Source: Pseudovirgaria hyperparasitica
Lineage: Eukaryota
DNA length: 64,000 bases
Assembly (NCBI GenBank): GCA_010093815.1
Contig: ML996567.1
Direction: 5' to 3' (one strand)
A program made the translations under genes and the position numbers. The notes under the pieces were generated by a model, which made no database searches, was not told the DNA's origin, and was given only the letters and a program-made list of their open reading frames with translations. This document shows positions 24,117-36,519 of the stretch, piece after piece. The first letter of the stretch is position 1. Each line of letters opens with the position of its first letter.

Positions 24117-27100
24117 ATGTTACTGGTTCACCAGACTGGTAGCGTCAAGGTTGGCGAGGTAATACGGTATAGAAGTTCCCCATATCTTCCGATGTGGACC
24201 TGTCCTGACTCTGACCTCTTCAGTTATACTATCACCTATACCCCTTCCGCCGACCGCATACTTCCGATTCCTCCACATCTTCATGTAAAGGTGAAGAACA
24301 CCTCGGCCATCCCGCTTCGCGCTGCTTACCTACACGGCCCATACACGATTCATGCCTCCGCATACCCCTCCACCTACAATCCAAATCAGAAGGTTGAAAA
24401 CCCTAAGCGCGATGGAATACCGGCATTCGAACCAAATGTAAAGGCAGGAGGGTCTTGGAACGCGCGACTTACGATTCCCGAGGATATTCGCGATGTTGAA
24501 GGTGGCGCCCTCAAGACCGATAAACATGGCGAGGCTAAAAAGATGACGTGGATAGTAGAGGTTTCTTCGCAGGTGATGTTCTCGAAGACTGCATCTGTGA
24601 ACTTCGAGGTGCTGGTCTCGCGCGACGAGAGATCTCTGGAGATCGGGTTTGCTTCCGTGACTGGTGGGGGAGGAAAACCGCAGTCAGGCCAACTGCACGA
24701 CCACCAGCAAGGCAAGCACAAGGGGCAAGGTAGCCAAGGCATGTCCCAGAAGGGCGTATACTCAAAAGCCATAGAATTGGTCGTCGATGACACACAAAGT
24801 CTTTGGAATAAACCTGCACTGCCAACGTGGGACGACGAGAAGAACGAGGAACAGCATGAGCAGGAAACAAGCGAGCGGAAGGAGAGAGCACAGAGGAGAG
24901 TTCACCTCGTTGTTGTGACGCATGGTCTGCATAGCAACCTTGGTGCAGATATGCTATATCTCAAGGAGAGCATAGATGCCACTGTCAAAAATGCAAGAGT
25001 TGCAGCAAGGGAGCGACGCAAGGCTGGGGCAGTCCCCAAACGGAAATCGAGTGCGGCGTCTGCTGAGAAAGAGCCCGGTCCCAAAAGCGAGGAAGAGGCT
25101 GGTCCATCGATAGCTCCTCTCTCCGGAGGTCAAGAAGATCTAGACAATACGGCTAATCAGGACGACGAGGACGACGACGAGGAAGTCATCGTGAGGGGGT
25201 TTTCAGGCAACGCAGTACGGACCGAGAAGGGCATTCAATACCTAGGCAAGCGCCTTGCGAAGCACGTCTTGAGCATGACGTACCCAGATCAGCCGTTCAT
25301 GCCTATCAAGAGAACCCTTGCTGACAAGATGTCGGAGACCTTCTCGCCCTCGTCTAAGCCGCCGTCAGGAGAAGGTCCGGAAGTCCATCCACATAGTAGT
25401 ATACACCACCCTGATGTGAAAAAGAAGAAGCGGGCCTATCGCTTTGCCCATATTAGTTTCATTGGTCATTCTCTGGGTGGTCTTACGCAGATGTATGCGA
25501 TTGCGTACATCCAGAAGCATTCCCCGAAATTCTTTGAAATCATCGAACCTGTAAACTTCATAGCACTCGCCTCGCCTTTCCTTGGACTCAGCAATGAGAA
25601 TCCTGTGTATGTTAAGTTTGCCTTAGATTTCGGACTTGTGGGAAAGACAGGACAAGACCTTGGCCTTACCTGGACTGCACCTACGATAGCTAAGAACGGG
25701 TGGACAAGCATAGTGAGCGGTTTCGGGAACAACGACCAGAAAGAAAAGAGAGGACCTGATCCAGGGGCAAAGCCTGTGCTCAGAATCTTACCGACTGGAC
25801 CTGCGCATCATGTCTTACGTCTGTTTAGGAACAGAACAGTGTATTCTAATGTGGTGAATGATGGCATCGTCCCACTACGAACGAGTTGTCTCCTCTTTTT
25901 AGACTGGCGAGGTATCGGGCGTGTGGATAAAGCACGTAGAGAAAACGGTCTCATTGGTACTGTTGCAGAATGGGGCTTCGCTCAACTTTCGGGACAGAAC
26001 ACTTCGCCCAATCCCTCGAAACCAAGTTTGGAGCTACCACCACCTCAAAATCCAAAGATAAGCAGCAGGACGCAGTCTCCTTCCGGGGCATCTGGTGACG
26101 GTAGCGACACTGCTGTTCCGTTGCCTGGAGAAGACACCACAAATCTGGATGACACCATGCAGACCAAGCAAACGACTGGTGACGCGGAACCTGCGTCGAG
26201 TCAATTTATCAAGAAAGACCATGAACATGAGATGAAGCCGCGTAGACGAGAATCGAGACCAAAGCAGGAGTCCCTCATTCTTAGCGGAGCTAACACGCTG
26301 TCAAGATTTTTGAGTTTCCTCCAACCTAGTGGAGCACATACCGCAAAGGACTCAAAGATGTTCAAGCGAAGCCAGACTATCAAGATGGCACAACCGGATT
26401 CAAGTGCCGAACAAAGCTCAGACGAGGCCCCCGCGAGCGAACAACCCCTATCTCAAGATTCTTCCCCTGAAGAGACATCGCCAAAGAAGAAGCCAAAGAG
26501 ACCTAAAGCATCAAGAGGTGACTCAATGCTAAACAATCCGGAAGAAAGAGGCGCTCCACCAAAGACCACTATCTTTGAGTCTGCGGGTGATCTTATCAAC
26601 CCACCCATTCCGCCAACCTCGTGGCTGATAGATCCATCTACGCGTTCACGTACCATTTTCCACGATAGAGTGTACCATCCCGAGGACATTCCTCCACCAC
26701 CTCCCAAATCCAAGAGCGGACGAACCTTCGGTAGCGTGGACAGTGCTTCCTCCTCTAAAACTGAAGATAGTGGTGCTGAAGATAGTGGCGGTATGAGGGT
26801 CGAGGAAAAGATTGCGCGCGCTTATCATAAGGATCTTTCATGGCGAAAAGTCTTGGTTAGGCTCGAACCTGATGCGCACAACAACATTGTCGTTAGACGC
26901 ATGTTCGCCAACGCGTATGGCTGGCCGGTGATCAAGCACTTATGCGACACTCACTTTGGTGATACCTACTCTGCAAAGACCCGGGATGAGGATGAGGCTG
27001 CTGTAGACCGAGCTCCTCGGATGAGTAAAGGCGTCGGACCAAGCGGCGAGGAGGTCGACGGCCAGCAGCAGGTAGAATCACCCGATCGCGATCCGAGTGA

Positions 27101-27779
27101 CATGCGCGAGGAGGCAGACGAATTAAAACCTCTGCGAGAATTCGAAAAGACTGATGACCCCGTGGCGAGGCAGAGATTGAAGAGACAGAATACCGACCTG
27201 TGGGACGATTCGTACTTCGAAGACAGCGGCGACGACGACTCAGACACGGAAACGGATGATCGCAATCCTATCGCGAGATACTTCAACCCAAGTCAGTCAT
27301 CTAAGAAGCGGGTTCCGGGAAACTCTGGATCACCGACCTCTGATCAGGTTGGTACATCGCCTGGCGAAATCGCCAAATTCCTCACTGCTTCGCCAGCCAT
27401 GGAAGGTCATCGTGGTCTGTCACCCACGCAGGCAGCGCAAAAGTCGTCAGTAGGTCTGGAAACAGCCTCGCCAGTATCGCCAACCTACTCCGCAGACGCG
27501 CCTGGTGCCATAACAGGTCAACAATCTGATACATTGAAGGCTTCATCTCCTCGCGATGCCGATTCGTTACAGAGTATGCTACCAGGGGAACCGCTTGTAC
27601 AAAGTCCGCCGCACGAGACGGAAGAGGAGAGGCCGAAGACGGGCGGCAGCACAAGTAGTGTCGGACTTGGGAAGAGCATCGAAGAGCAATTGCATAGTCC
27701 GGCCTTGAGCACACATCGGAGAAGTAGCAGTGGAGTCGGGGAGCAGGTCACTCGATTGAGTATGGAAGGGAAGAAGTGA
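24117..27779 (+). CDS. DUF676 putative lipase/serine esterase (Rog1-like), 2 exons
   Basis: MLLVHQTGSVKVGEVIR|YTITYTP after removing intron 24167-24223; HLVVVTHGLHSN, nucleophile motif ISFIGHSLGG, NFIALASPFLG, YSNVVNDGIVPLRTS, DAHNNIVVRR. Confidence 0.85.
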   Translation: MLLVHQTGSVKVGEVIRYRSSPYLPMWTCPDSDLFSYTITYTPSADRILPIPPHLHVKVKNTSAIPLRAAYLHGPYTIHASAYPSTYNPNQKVENPKRDGIPAFEPNVKAGGSWNARLTIPEDIRDVEGGALKTDKHGEAKKMTWIVEVSSQVMFSKTASVNFEVLVSRDERSLEIGFASVTGGGGKPQSGQLHDHQQGKHKGQGSQGMSQKGVYSKAIELVVDDTQSLWNKPALPTWDDEKNEEQHEQETSERKERAQRRVHLVVVTHGLHSNLGADMLYLKESIDATVKNARVAARERRKAGAVPKRKSSAASAEKEPGPKSEEEAGPSIAPLSGGQEDLDNTANQDDEDDDEEVIVRGFSGNAVRTEKGIQYLGKRLAKHVLSMTYPDQPFMPIKRTLADKMSETFSPSSKPPSGEGPEVHPHSSIHHPDVKKKKRAYRFAHISFIGHSLGGLTQMYAIAYIQKHSPKFFEIIEPVNFIALASPFLGLSNENPVYVKFALDFGLVGKTGQDLGLTWTAPTIAKNGWTSIVSGFGNNDQKEKRGPDPGAKPVLRILPTGPAHHVLRLFRNRTVYSNVVNDGIVPLRTSCLLFLDWRGIGRVDKARRENGLIGTVAEWGFAQLSGQNTSPNPSKPSLELPPPQNPKISSRTQSPSGASGDGSDTAVPLPGEDTTNLDDTMQTKQTTGDAEPASSQFIKKDHEHEMKPRRRESRPKQESLILSGANTLSRFLSFLQPSGAHTAKDSKMFKRSQTIKMAQPDSSAEQSSDEAPASEQPLSQDSSPEETSPKKKPKRPKASRGDSMLNNPEERGAPPKTTIFESAGDLINPPIPPTSWLIDPSTRSRTIFHDRVYHPEDIPPPPPKSKSGRTFGSVDSASSSKTEDSGAEDSGGMRVEEKIARAYHKDLSWRKVLVRLEPDAHNNIVVRRMFANAYGWPVIKHLCDTHFGDTYSAKTRDEDEAAVDRAPRMSKGVGPSGEEVDGQQQVESPDRDPSDMREEADELKPLREFEKTDDPVARQRLKRQNTDLWDDSYFEDSGDDDSDTETDDRNPIARYFNPSQSSKKRVPGNSGSPTSDQVGTSPGEIAKFLTASPAMEGHRGLSPTQAAQKSSVGLETASPVSPTYSADAPGAITGQQSDTLKASSPRDADSLQSMLPGEPLVQSPPHETEEERPKTGGSTSSVGLGKSIEEQLHSPALSTHRRSSSGVGEQVTRLSMEGKK

Positions 27780-27922
27780 GCGGAAGTTTGCCAGTTTGTT
27801 TCTTGCACATATTTCGCACAGCATATAAAGCATTACTGGCTTAACGTACTAAGTTGATGCCATGGTATGATATTCTAATATATATGTTTTGGTCGTAGCT
27901 TAGTTCATGATACCAATTTTGA

Positions 27923-28966
<1,044 letters not shown>

Positions 28967-29347
28967 GTTGTGGGGATGGAGGTGAGAGGAGGGGGCTGGA
29001 GCGCGCATTCCTGGCGTTTGGAGCGCTGGCTGGAGCATCCTACTACAATAATTACTCCTTACCACACGTGCAATAATATCATGTCAATGTGGTACGCGAT
29101 TGGCAGGCTCTTGTGTGAATCAGGACTGTTGGGTTGCACAAGACAGACGATTAGCTGTTCAGATAATTTTGCAATAGAGAATAAGCAGTCGTATAGATAT
29201 CAACAGTTGACCATAGGCAATTACAGTGCGTGTAAGATGATTCGACTCCGGCTCCCATGAAGACAGCGACCTTGCCTTGTGCACAAGAATACCAAAATAG
29301 ATATCCCTTGCGAACAGCCATGCTTGCAATATACAATGCTATCACGC

Positions 29348-30052
29348 CTACACATCCTCCCGGAACAGACTTCTCCTTTCTGTCGGACTACTCTTGCTCT
29401 GCGTTGGCTGATGCCCGCCCGTCTCGATTGGCCTCGGACTCACCCCTCTCATCCCAATATCACTCCTCTCCGCACCCTCCCCGAATGGATTCGCTCCCCC
29501 TGCTGGAGCCGTCGCCGCGTGGTCTCCAAAAGGATTACTTTGGGCCCCTCGCCCCATCTCCTCGTCGTATCTCTCGTCCAACTCCCTCGTTCGACTCCTG
29601 CCACGCCCATTGAAGTCCTCCTCGTACGGCGCCGGTACACTGGCATTATATCCGCCCCCGCCATATGCTGTTGGCTGGTGCAGCCCTAGCTCCTGCTCTT
29701 CGTAGTATGCCTCGTTGCCTACTCTGCTATCCCACGCCTCGTCCGGGTCTAGCGGGGCACGCGCACTTCCGCGAGCCTGGGTGCCGGAGCTCTCGTACGC
29801 ACCGCTAGCGTACCGTTTGTTCTTCATGGCACGGAATTTGTCGTTGAACCAGCCGACCAGGCCGCCCGTGCGCGGTGTGGGGATGTTGCCGATGCCGCCC
29901 GAGCCACGCGCGCGGAAGGCAGCGATGGGGTTTGCAGACGGTGGGGGAAGGCCGAGTTTGGAGGCACGACGCCGTGAGAAGACTAGCCAGCCAACATAGC
30001 TGAGGATTATGACGAGAAGGAGGAGGATGAGGAAAATGAGGCCGCCGTTCAT
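29348..30052 (-). CDS. Single-pass fungal membrane protein with NPF motifs
   Basis: N-terminal hydrophobic helix followed by RRR; LDPDEAWDSRVG motif; two NPF motifs in the tail. Confidence 0.7.
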   Translation of the reverse strand: MNGGLIFLILLLLVIILSYVGWLVFSRRRASKLGLPPPSANPIAAFRARGSGGIGNIPTPRTGGLVGWFNDKFRAMKNKRYASGAYESSGTQARGSARAPLDPDEAWDSRVGNEAYYEEQELGLHQPTAYGGGGYNASVPAPYEEDFNGRGRSRTRELDERYDEEMGRGAQSNPFGDHAATAPAGGANPFGEGAERSDIGMRGVSPRPIETGGHQPTQSKSSPTERRSLFREDV

Positions 30053-30847
30053 TGTAGGGTTTGCGGGTGGTGGTGAGGACTGGTGATGTGGTTACGGCTG
30101 CGGTGCATGAAGATGCGATTACGGGTTTGTATGGGGAAATGGAGATGTGTCCTGGAGGAGATGAGGATGGTTCGGGATGGAGAGTCTTCTTGAAGGGCGT
30201 GATGGTGCCGTCACAGCTGTGAGTGCGGCGTGCTGACAGGGTTCTAGGGAGCGGCGCCGAAAGGAGATGATGCTCGCTGGAGCGGCGTCTGTGTCAATTG
30301 ACCAGGTAATTAGACAGCGCTTAGCTATGGCTTAAAATAGCAGCCGGTTGATGAGAAGGAGAAAGAGGGAGACGAGGTGGATGTGGTGTTGTGAAGCCAG
30401 CGTAGAATACTTTTGATGCGATGCGAGCTGAGATGAGAGCTAGTGATGCCTAAGGCGCCACCTGGTAATTAACTCTACCTTAGGCCTGGGGCTGCTTACT
30501 GGTCTTCGACTATGACGACAGATGCTGCGTATCATCCAATCAGAGCTTTCTAAATATGGCGTAGGAGCCTGGGAAATGAGGCCCTCAGCCCTAATACACA
30601 TCAAGAGAAGCCTGCGATGGATGCTGACGCTGATGAGTGATGAATGATGAGACTGAGACTTGCTTGGCACGCAAGTCAAACCTCTTATTGTTCATTTGTG
30701 TTTTGTGCATGCGAGGCTATCTACATTGGGTTTGGCCAGGATTGCGTCAAATTCACATATAAGAGTTGGCCTCCAGCACCGCCCATCTAAGTATATCTTT
30801 CTTCACTCCTCAGCTCATCTTACTCTTAGCACAATCGCAGCGTCGTG

Positions 30848-32263
30848 ATGAGTCTGGAGTTTGCTTGGGCCATCCCTGACACTTATATTGGTGCCGACGA
30901 TGGACCCAGTTTCATAGTCGATGAAGTCACATACGATGGCTCGAATGGAGTCGTCAAGGTGGAAGGATCCGATGTAAAAGCTGACATACCGGTCAAGGAT
31001 ATCATCGCCGTAGTACCACTCACTGCAGATGACAAGAGCTTTCCGGGTGGTTATGCCCTGACATATGTCGGCAGCAATGATGTTTACACCCCAGACATGG
31101 AAGATACCACACGAGGCTATCACTATCTTAAAGTCTTGACGCTTCCAGAGGAGCTAAATAACCTCATCGTACCTTCTGCTAGAGATAAGGCCGTTCACCA
31201 CGTACATATCATCATCTCGACGCTCTCCGGGACTTGTCAAGCCGAATCATTCTACGAGAACTCTGTCCAGAAATTCCTTGCCAGTGTTGGATATCGCGCA
31301 GGCAGTAGCTACACGATACACACGACCACATCGGCGAAGTCTGTTCAAGAACTCACTGAGACCGACATCCTTCACTCGGCAAACAAGGGTCAAGCCCAGC
31401 GTATAATCCTCATGTCCGGAGATGGTGGGATTGTCGATATTGTGAATGCACTGTCACTGCAGCCGCATAGTGATTGCTACATACCACCAGCCATGTCAAT
31501 CCTTCCGATGGGCACCGGAAATGCGCTCGCGCACTCGATTGGGATAACAGATGACCGCACCTCAGGCCTATCCAGTCTTGCGCGCGGCTCATCAAAGCCG
31601 CTGCCCATTTTTAGAGCGACTTTCTCGCCAGGAGCTCGTCTTCTGCTAGACGAAGCCACACGAGAAGAAGAATTGCCTGTGGTCGATAAGGTGCCCACAG
31701 TCTACGGTGCTGTTGTCTGCTCTTGGGGTATGCATGCCGGGCTTGTTGCTGACAGCGATACTAAGGAGTATCGTAAATTTGGTATCGACAGGTTCAAGAT
31801 GGCTGCAAAGGAGGCCCTGTATCCGTCAGATGGTTCTCCACCACATGCGTACAAAGCAAAGATTTCGGTATTACCCGCTGGGACCAGTAGCTGGCAGGCT
31901 GTGCCCAGGGAAGAGCATATGTATGTGCTTGCAACTATGGTTTCAAATCTGGAGAAGACTTTCACAGTATCCCCTGCCTCATCACCCTTAAGTGGCAGCT
32001 TGAGGCTTGTACATTTCGGGCCGACGACTGCAGATGAAGCTATGCGCGTTATGGGCCTGGCATATCAGGGCGGGAAGCATGTGGATGAACCTCTCGTCAA
32101 TTATGAGGACATTGATGGCATGCGTATTGAGATCGAGGGCAGGGAAGATGAAGCTCGATGGAGACGAATCTGTCTCGACGGCAAGATAATACGGCTGGAG
32201 AAAGATGGATGGGTGGAGATTCGGAAAGAGAATCGAACAGTGGTTGATGTTGTGTCTATGTGA
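30848..32263 (+). CDS. Diacylglycerol/sphingoid-base kinase catalytic-domain protein
   Basis: HIIISTLSGT, SGDGGIVDIVN, LPMGTGNALAHS, CLDG motifs of the DAGK_cat family. Confidence 0.85.
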   Translation: MSLEFAWAIPDTYIGADDGPSFIVDEVTYDGSNGVVKVEGSDVKADIPVKDIIAVVPLTADDKSFPGGYALTYVGSNDVYTPDMEDTTRGYHYLKVLTLPEELNNLIVPSARDKAVHHVHIIISTLSGTCQAESFYENSVQKFLASVGYRAGSSYTIHTTTSAKSVQELTETDILHSANKGQAQRIILMSGDGGIVDIVNALSLQPHSDCYIPPAMSILPMGTGNALAHSIGITDDRTSGLSSLARGSSKPLPIFRATFSPGARLLLDEATREEELPVVDKVPTVYGAVVCSWGMHAGLVADSDTKEYRKFGIDRFKMAAKEALYPSDGSPPHAYKAKISVLPAGTSSWQAVPREEHMYVLATMVSNLEKTFTVSPASSPLSGSLRLVHFGPTTADEAMRVMGLAYQGGKHVDEPLVNYEDIDGMRIEIEGREDEARWRRICLDGKIIRLEKDGWVEIRKENRTVVDVVSM

Positions 32264-32677
32264 TAGAACACATCAGTACTAGCTTCTTCACCCACTATCG
32301 AGAGAGATGCTAATACACCCAACTTATTACTTGCAGTATGAGTGGCGCTAGTACATGCGACCACGACAGCTCGTACGCATACACATTTGAAGTCCAGTGA
32401 CTGGCCGTGGTGTTGTAACTCAAAGTCTGAAGTAGTGCGTCATACCAAGACGCCGTGTTTACTACCTTCTTATTGGAGTCACAGGATGCCGCACATATAT
32501 ATACAGTGCAGGTCTTGGCCCAGGGTACATAAACAGCTTGGACGCCATGTTATGCTGCAGCCGTCCTGAGAAATCAATTCATCGGCGCTGACATTTTGGA
32601 CCGACAACAAGCGAAACATGCAGCATTCTATTACCCCGCACCTGCATTGTCTCTTCTACACCATATTCTTCGCCATC

Positions 32678-33307
32678 ATGGCAAACTCCACGATCCAATG
32701 GACTTACAAAAATGAATTCGATAACACGGTCTTGTCGCCATTCAAATCAGAGTTCACAATCACGGCACCCCCTGCCACAGACATATGGCGACCCGCATTC
32801 GACAAAGACAACTTCACAGCCCCTTTTCTCTACACCACAATCCTGACATCCAAGTTCGTCAGTATGCGCGTGTGCGTCTCCGGACCCTGGAAGACCAGGT
32901 ACGATCAGGGCGGGCTCGTGATTACTTTCCCAGTCCCGGGTACTGGGCCCCTCCGATGGGTCAAAGCAGGCATCGAATTCGAGGCTGGCGCGCCGAATCT
33001 TGGCGTTGTTGCTACAGATCGTTTGAGTGATTGGAGCCTAAGTCCGATTGCTGACAGGCAGAACGAGGCTGAGTTTGAGCTTGAGAGGGATGGGATGGAC
33101 CTTTGGGTCTACGTGGTGGAGAGTGGTGTAAGACGGGCTTTGAGGCAGGTCACTTGGGCGTTCAATGAGGGTGTTGGAGAGGAGATTGATGTGGGCTTGT
33201 ATGCTGCGAAACCGACGTATGAGCCTGAGGGTACGGGGGGCGATGGGACGTTATTGGTGACGTTCAAGGGCTTTAGGCTTATTACGACTGACGGGGAACT
33301 GGAATAG
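32678..33307 (+). CDS. DUF1349 (Ree1-like, concanavalin-like fold) protein
   Basis: APPATDIWR, YDQGGL, WVKAGIE, VVATDRLSDWS, LRQVTW, VGLYAAKP motifs. Confidence 0.8.
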   Translation: MANSTIQWTYKNEFDNTVLSPFKSEFTITAPPATDIWRPAFDKDNFTAPFLYTTILTSKFVSMRVCVSGPWKTRYDQGGLVITFPVPGTGPLRWVKAGIEFEAGAPNLGVVATDRLSDWSLSPIADRQNEAEFELERDGMDLWVYVVESGVRRALRQVTWAFNEGVGEEIDVGLYAAKPTYEPEGTGGDGTLLVTFKGFRLITTDGELE

Positions 33308-34284
33308 ATGGTATGTGGTGGCGGCGATGTCCCCAGTCACACATCCAGGAGGGATGCAGCAAGCGAGCAACTTCGATCATCAGTATTCTGGTAGCGTCCT
33401 ACTTACCATTCGGGATGTGTTTGGTGAACTACAGGTAGATCGCTGCACCCTTGCATACGCCTGCAGAATAGGCAATGAACATGTAGTAAGCACAACTCTA
33501 TTGCCTGAAATTACTTTACCGAGCGACCAGGGTCATGTAAATCACCAGAAGTCCTGTAGTCCTCATACTATACAACAGGTGGTCGCAATACTCACCGACC
33601 GCCAACGTCCGGTAAGGCTCATTCTATATAGGCTACCTATCAAAATATCGTTACATGTTTGAACTATGAGACTATACCCTAACGTCGTCTATAGATAGAT
33701 ATATCTATCAGAGTATAGCAGAGGGGGTATCTATAGTCCTAGCTAGTAATCTCGAGATGAATTAACGTTATTTGACTTTGTTTTAGTGATGCAGCAGACA
33801 CACTGGCGACCGGTGAGTGTTGCAAACTCCTGCTGATATTAAAGTAAGAAGGGCATTTCATTAGCCCATTGGTTACTCTGGCTAGCGGCATGACTGAGTC
33901 AATAGGGAAACCCCATGGTTGATTACCGAAGTAAATCGGTACAGGCTCTCGAAACGGCCAAGATGGTATAGCCTTGGGAAGCAATCTCGCCTTGAGTTTT
34001 CCTGCATCTCAGCTTCTATTATTAGTCACCGGTCAGCTAGAGCCATCAATGAGTACTATCCATGAACTAGCCGATACAGACTGTAAAGTGGTAACGATAG
34101 AAGGCGTAAACATGTATATATACAGCTTCCTCCTGTGGTCTGATGTATACCATAACTTCACACTTGTAACCATTTCGCAGTCACTCATCTCTCAACGAGA
34201 CATCGTATCACTCTTTTTGCGAAGTTATCGTGTCACTCATTACATTCCCCTTTATTTCCTGTTCGTTTCCTGTGCGAGCGTACC

Positions 34285-36242
34285 ATGGGTCTATCTAAAT
34301 CCATATGGGCAAAACTGGCCTTGATCGCAATCGCGCAGGCTAGCCCAATCACTCAGGACCTTGGCGAAGTTGACGAAAGCGCACAGAACTGCGGGCTCAA
34401 AGCTTTCGAGCCCAAGTCATGGGCGGAAAGTGGTGCTGAGAAATTCCTCGGCGAATGGCTCGACAAGAATGGCCCAGGTAGGGCGAACAACACTCTAGAT
34501 GTCCTGAGCTAACCTTCCCTTCCCCAGATAATTGGCTTCAAGCTATCAGCGATGCTGAGATGGGGCCTAATACCATTGCAATCGATTGTGCACACACGAG
34601 CTCCAATAATTGCAGAGCGCCAGAAAGTCCTGCAAACTGTGACAAATACGAATGTACGTTGCACTCGAAAGTATGACTTACTTCATATCACATCGATTGA
34701 CCCTTGCAATAGACTACTTCATTCGTATCATGGCCTCTCAGATAAACGCCCAATTCAAGAATCTTCAAGATAACCTTCAGGTTCAGACCATCAAGGATGC
34801 TCTTAAGGTAGACACTATAATCAAAGACTTTGATGTTCTCAAGCCTCCAGAAGGACAAAAGGTGGGCGACCTGCTGAACAACATTGCCATTGGTAAGTTA
34901 TGCTCATCCAGTGAGGTGGACTTGTGCTTATTCACAACCAGGGCCCTCCATTCTATCTGCAATCTTCAGCTTCGCACCAGGCGGAGCAGTCGCATCGGGA
35001 ATTTTCTCACTGATTGGTGCTGCTATTACCGTAAGTAGCCTCTCATAAGTGATGGCATTCACTGACGAGTATACCCAGGCTACAGCTCAAAACCTAGAAG
35101 AGGACAAGCCAGAGATCCCCGAGTACAATGATCTTGCATCTGTGATGAATGACCGTCTCGGTGGCTTCTTCAGCGATACCCAATCCATGTTGGAGAAAAC
35201 CCTCCTGGCCATCTTCGGGGACAGTAGCATGCCCCGAGATGGTTCTACCAAGCTCGTGCGCGATATGGTTGGGCGAATGTCTGGCATCGGTGTTGAGAAC
35301 CTAACCAAAGATGCCATTTCTCCCATTGCTGAACTGCTGAAAGGCGGCGAGTGGCTTAGTCCAGTACAGAACGGACACATAGACGAAGCAATGGAAAAAG
35401 CCTTCGCTACGACCCGTCAAGGCCTCATCGGCAACCTTCTTGCAACCTTACAGGTGTATGTCGAACAGGAGATGCCTGCATATAACGAGGGCCTGGTCCA
35501 GCCATGTACCGCACTCGGCACCTTGATGGAAGGCAACTCATGCCACGTAATCAAGCATCGCCCATTCGAGGGAACCCGGGAGCGCGTGCCCCTGGAGGAG
35601 AAATATCTCAAGCTCATGGGAGACTACGGCATCGATCTCCACACTCTGATCCGCAACACGCGCGACTGCAACAATGGCAAAGCCGATACCGCGCAGATCC
35701 TCACCGATGGCTCCTACCCGCTCTGCTTCTTCGGCATGAACTTTGCCCAACGTGTCCATGAGAAAGACTGGGATTTCCAGAGAGCCGTGTCCCCATTCTC
35801 ATGTCTCTCCAAATACCAGAATCAGAAGAGAGTGCCCGGCTGGATTACCGATGACCGGTCCCACTGTGACAACGAGATTCCGAAATGGAAGCCCTGCAAA
35901 GTTACGTTTGAGTGAGTAGTCTTCCGAAATCTGCTTCCAGCAATCAGAAATCTGACCAGACCCAATAGAGAGACGGCTTATTGGACCGAGGGTGGCCTTG
36001 ATCGCTACAGAATGGGCATGGTCGGCGATAATATCGACATAGCACCGATTTGCCCGTATGCATACGACAATCGAAGGTGTGCTTTCGCGTCGAACCGGCA
36101 ATGCTACTTCAACGAAGAGCTGAAGAAGTGGGTCTTTGACGTCAACTTTCCCAAGGGTTCTCATGGCCACGGCCAATATTTGGAGTGCAGAGACAGCATA
36201 CGCACTAAATACGCCAAAGACAATCGGTGTCAGATTGGCTGA
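34285..36242 (+). CDS. Secreted ~564 aa protein, 6 exons; hydrophobic hairpin and Cys-rich C-terminal domain; function unknown
   Basis: Exons 34285-34477, 34528-34653, 34713-34892, 34942-35030, 35079-35911, 35969-36242 join in frame across five GT..AG introns; signal peptide MGLSKSIWAKLALIAIAQA. Confidence 0.75.
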
Positions 36243-36519
36243 GGCTGCGGCTAAGGCTTCATACTATGGATGTGTAAGATGGTAATCAGATTGATTTATC
36301 TGTTGTGAAAAGTCTGTATAGTAGTATAGAATGTAGAACTTGATAATTGTTATTTTCCTAGAAGACCTCGTTAATCTGTCTAGTTTGTTTCATGTTTGAA
36401 GTTGGCGTGGATGTAGTAGAGTCTATAGTGAAATTCATAGAATGACCATGCAGATCCTTAAGCTTTATCACTTTCTTTGACCTCGCCTACACTCCACATA
36501 CCTTTGGCTTAGACCTTGA

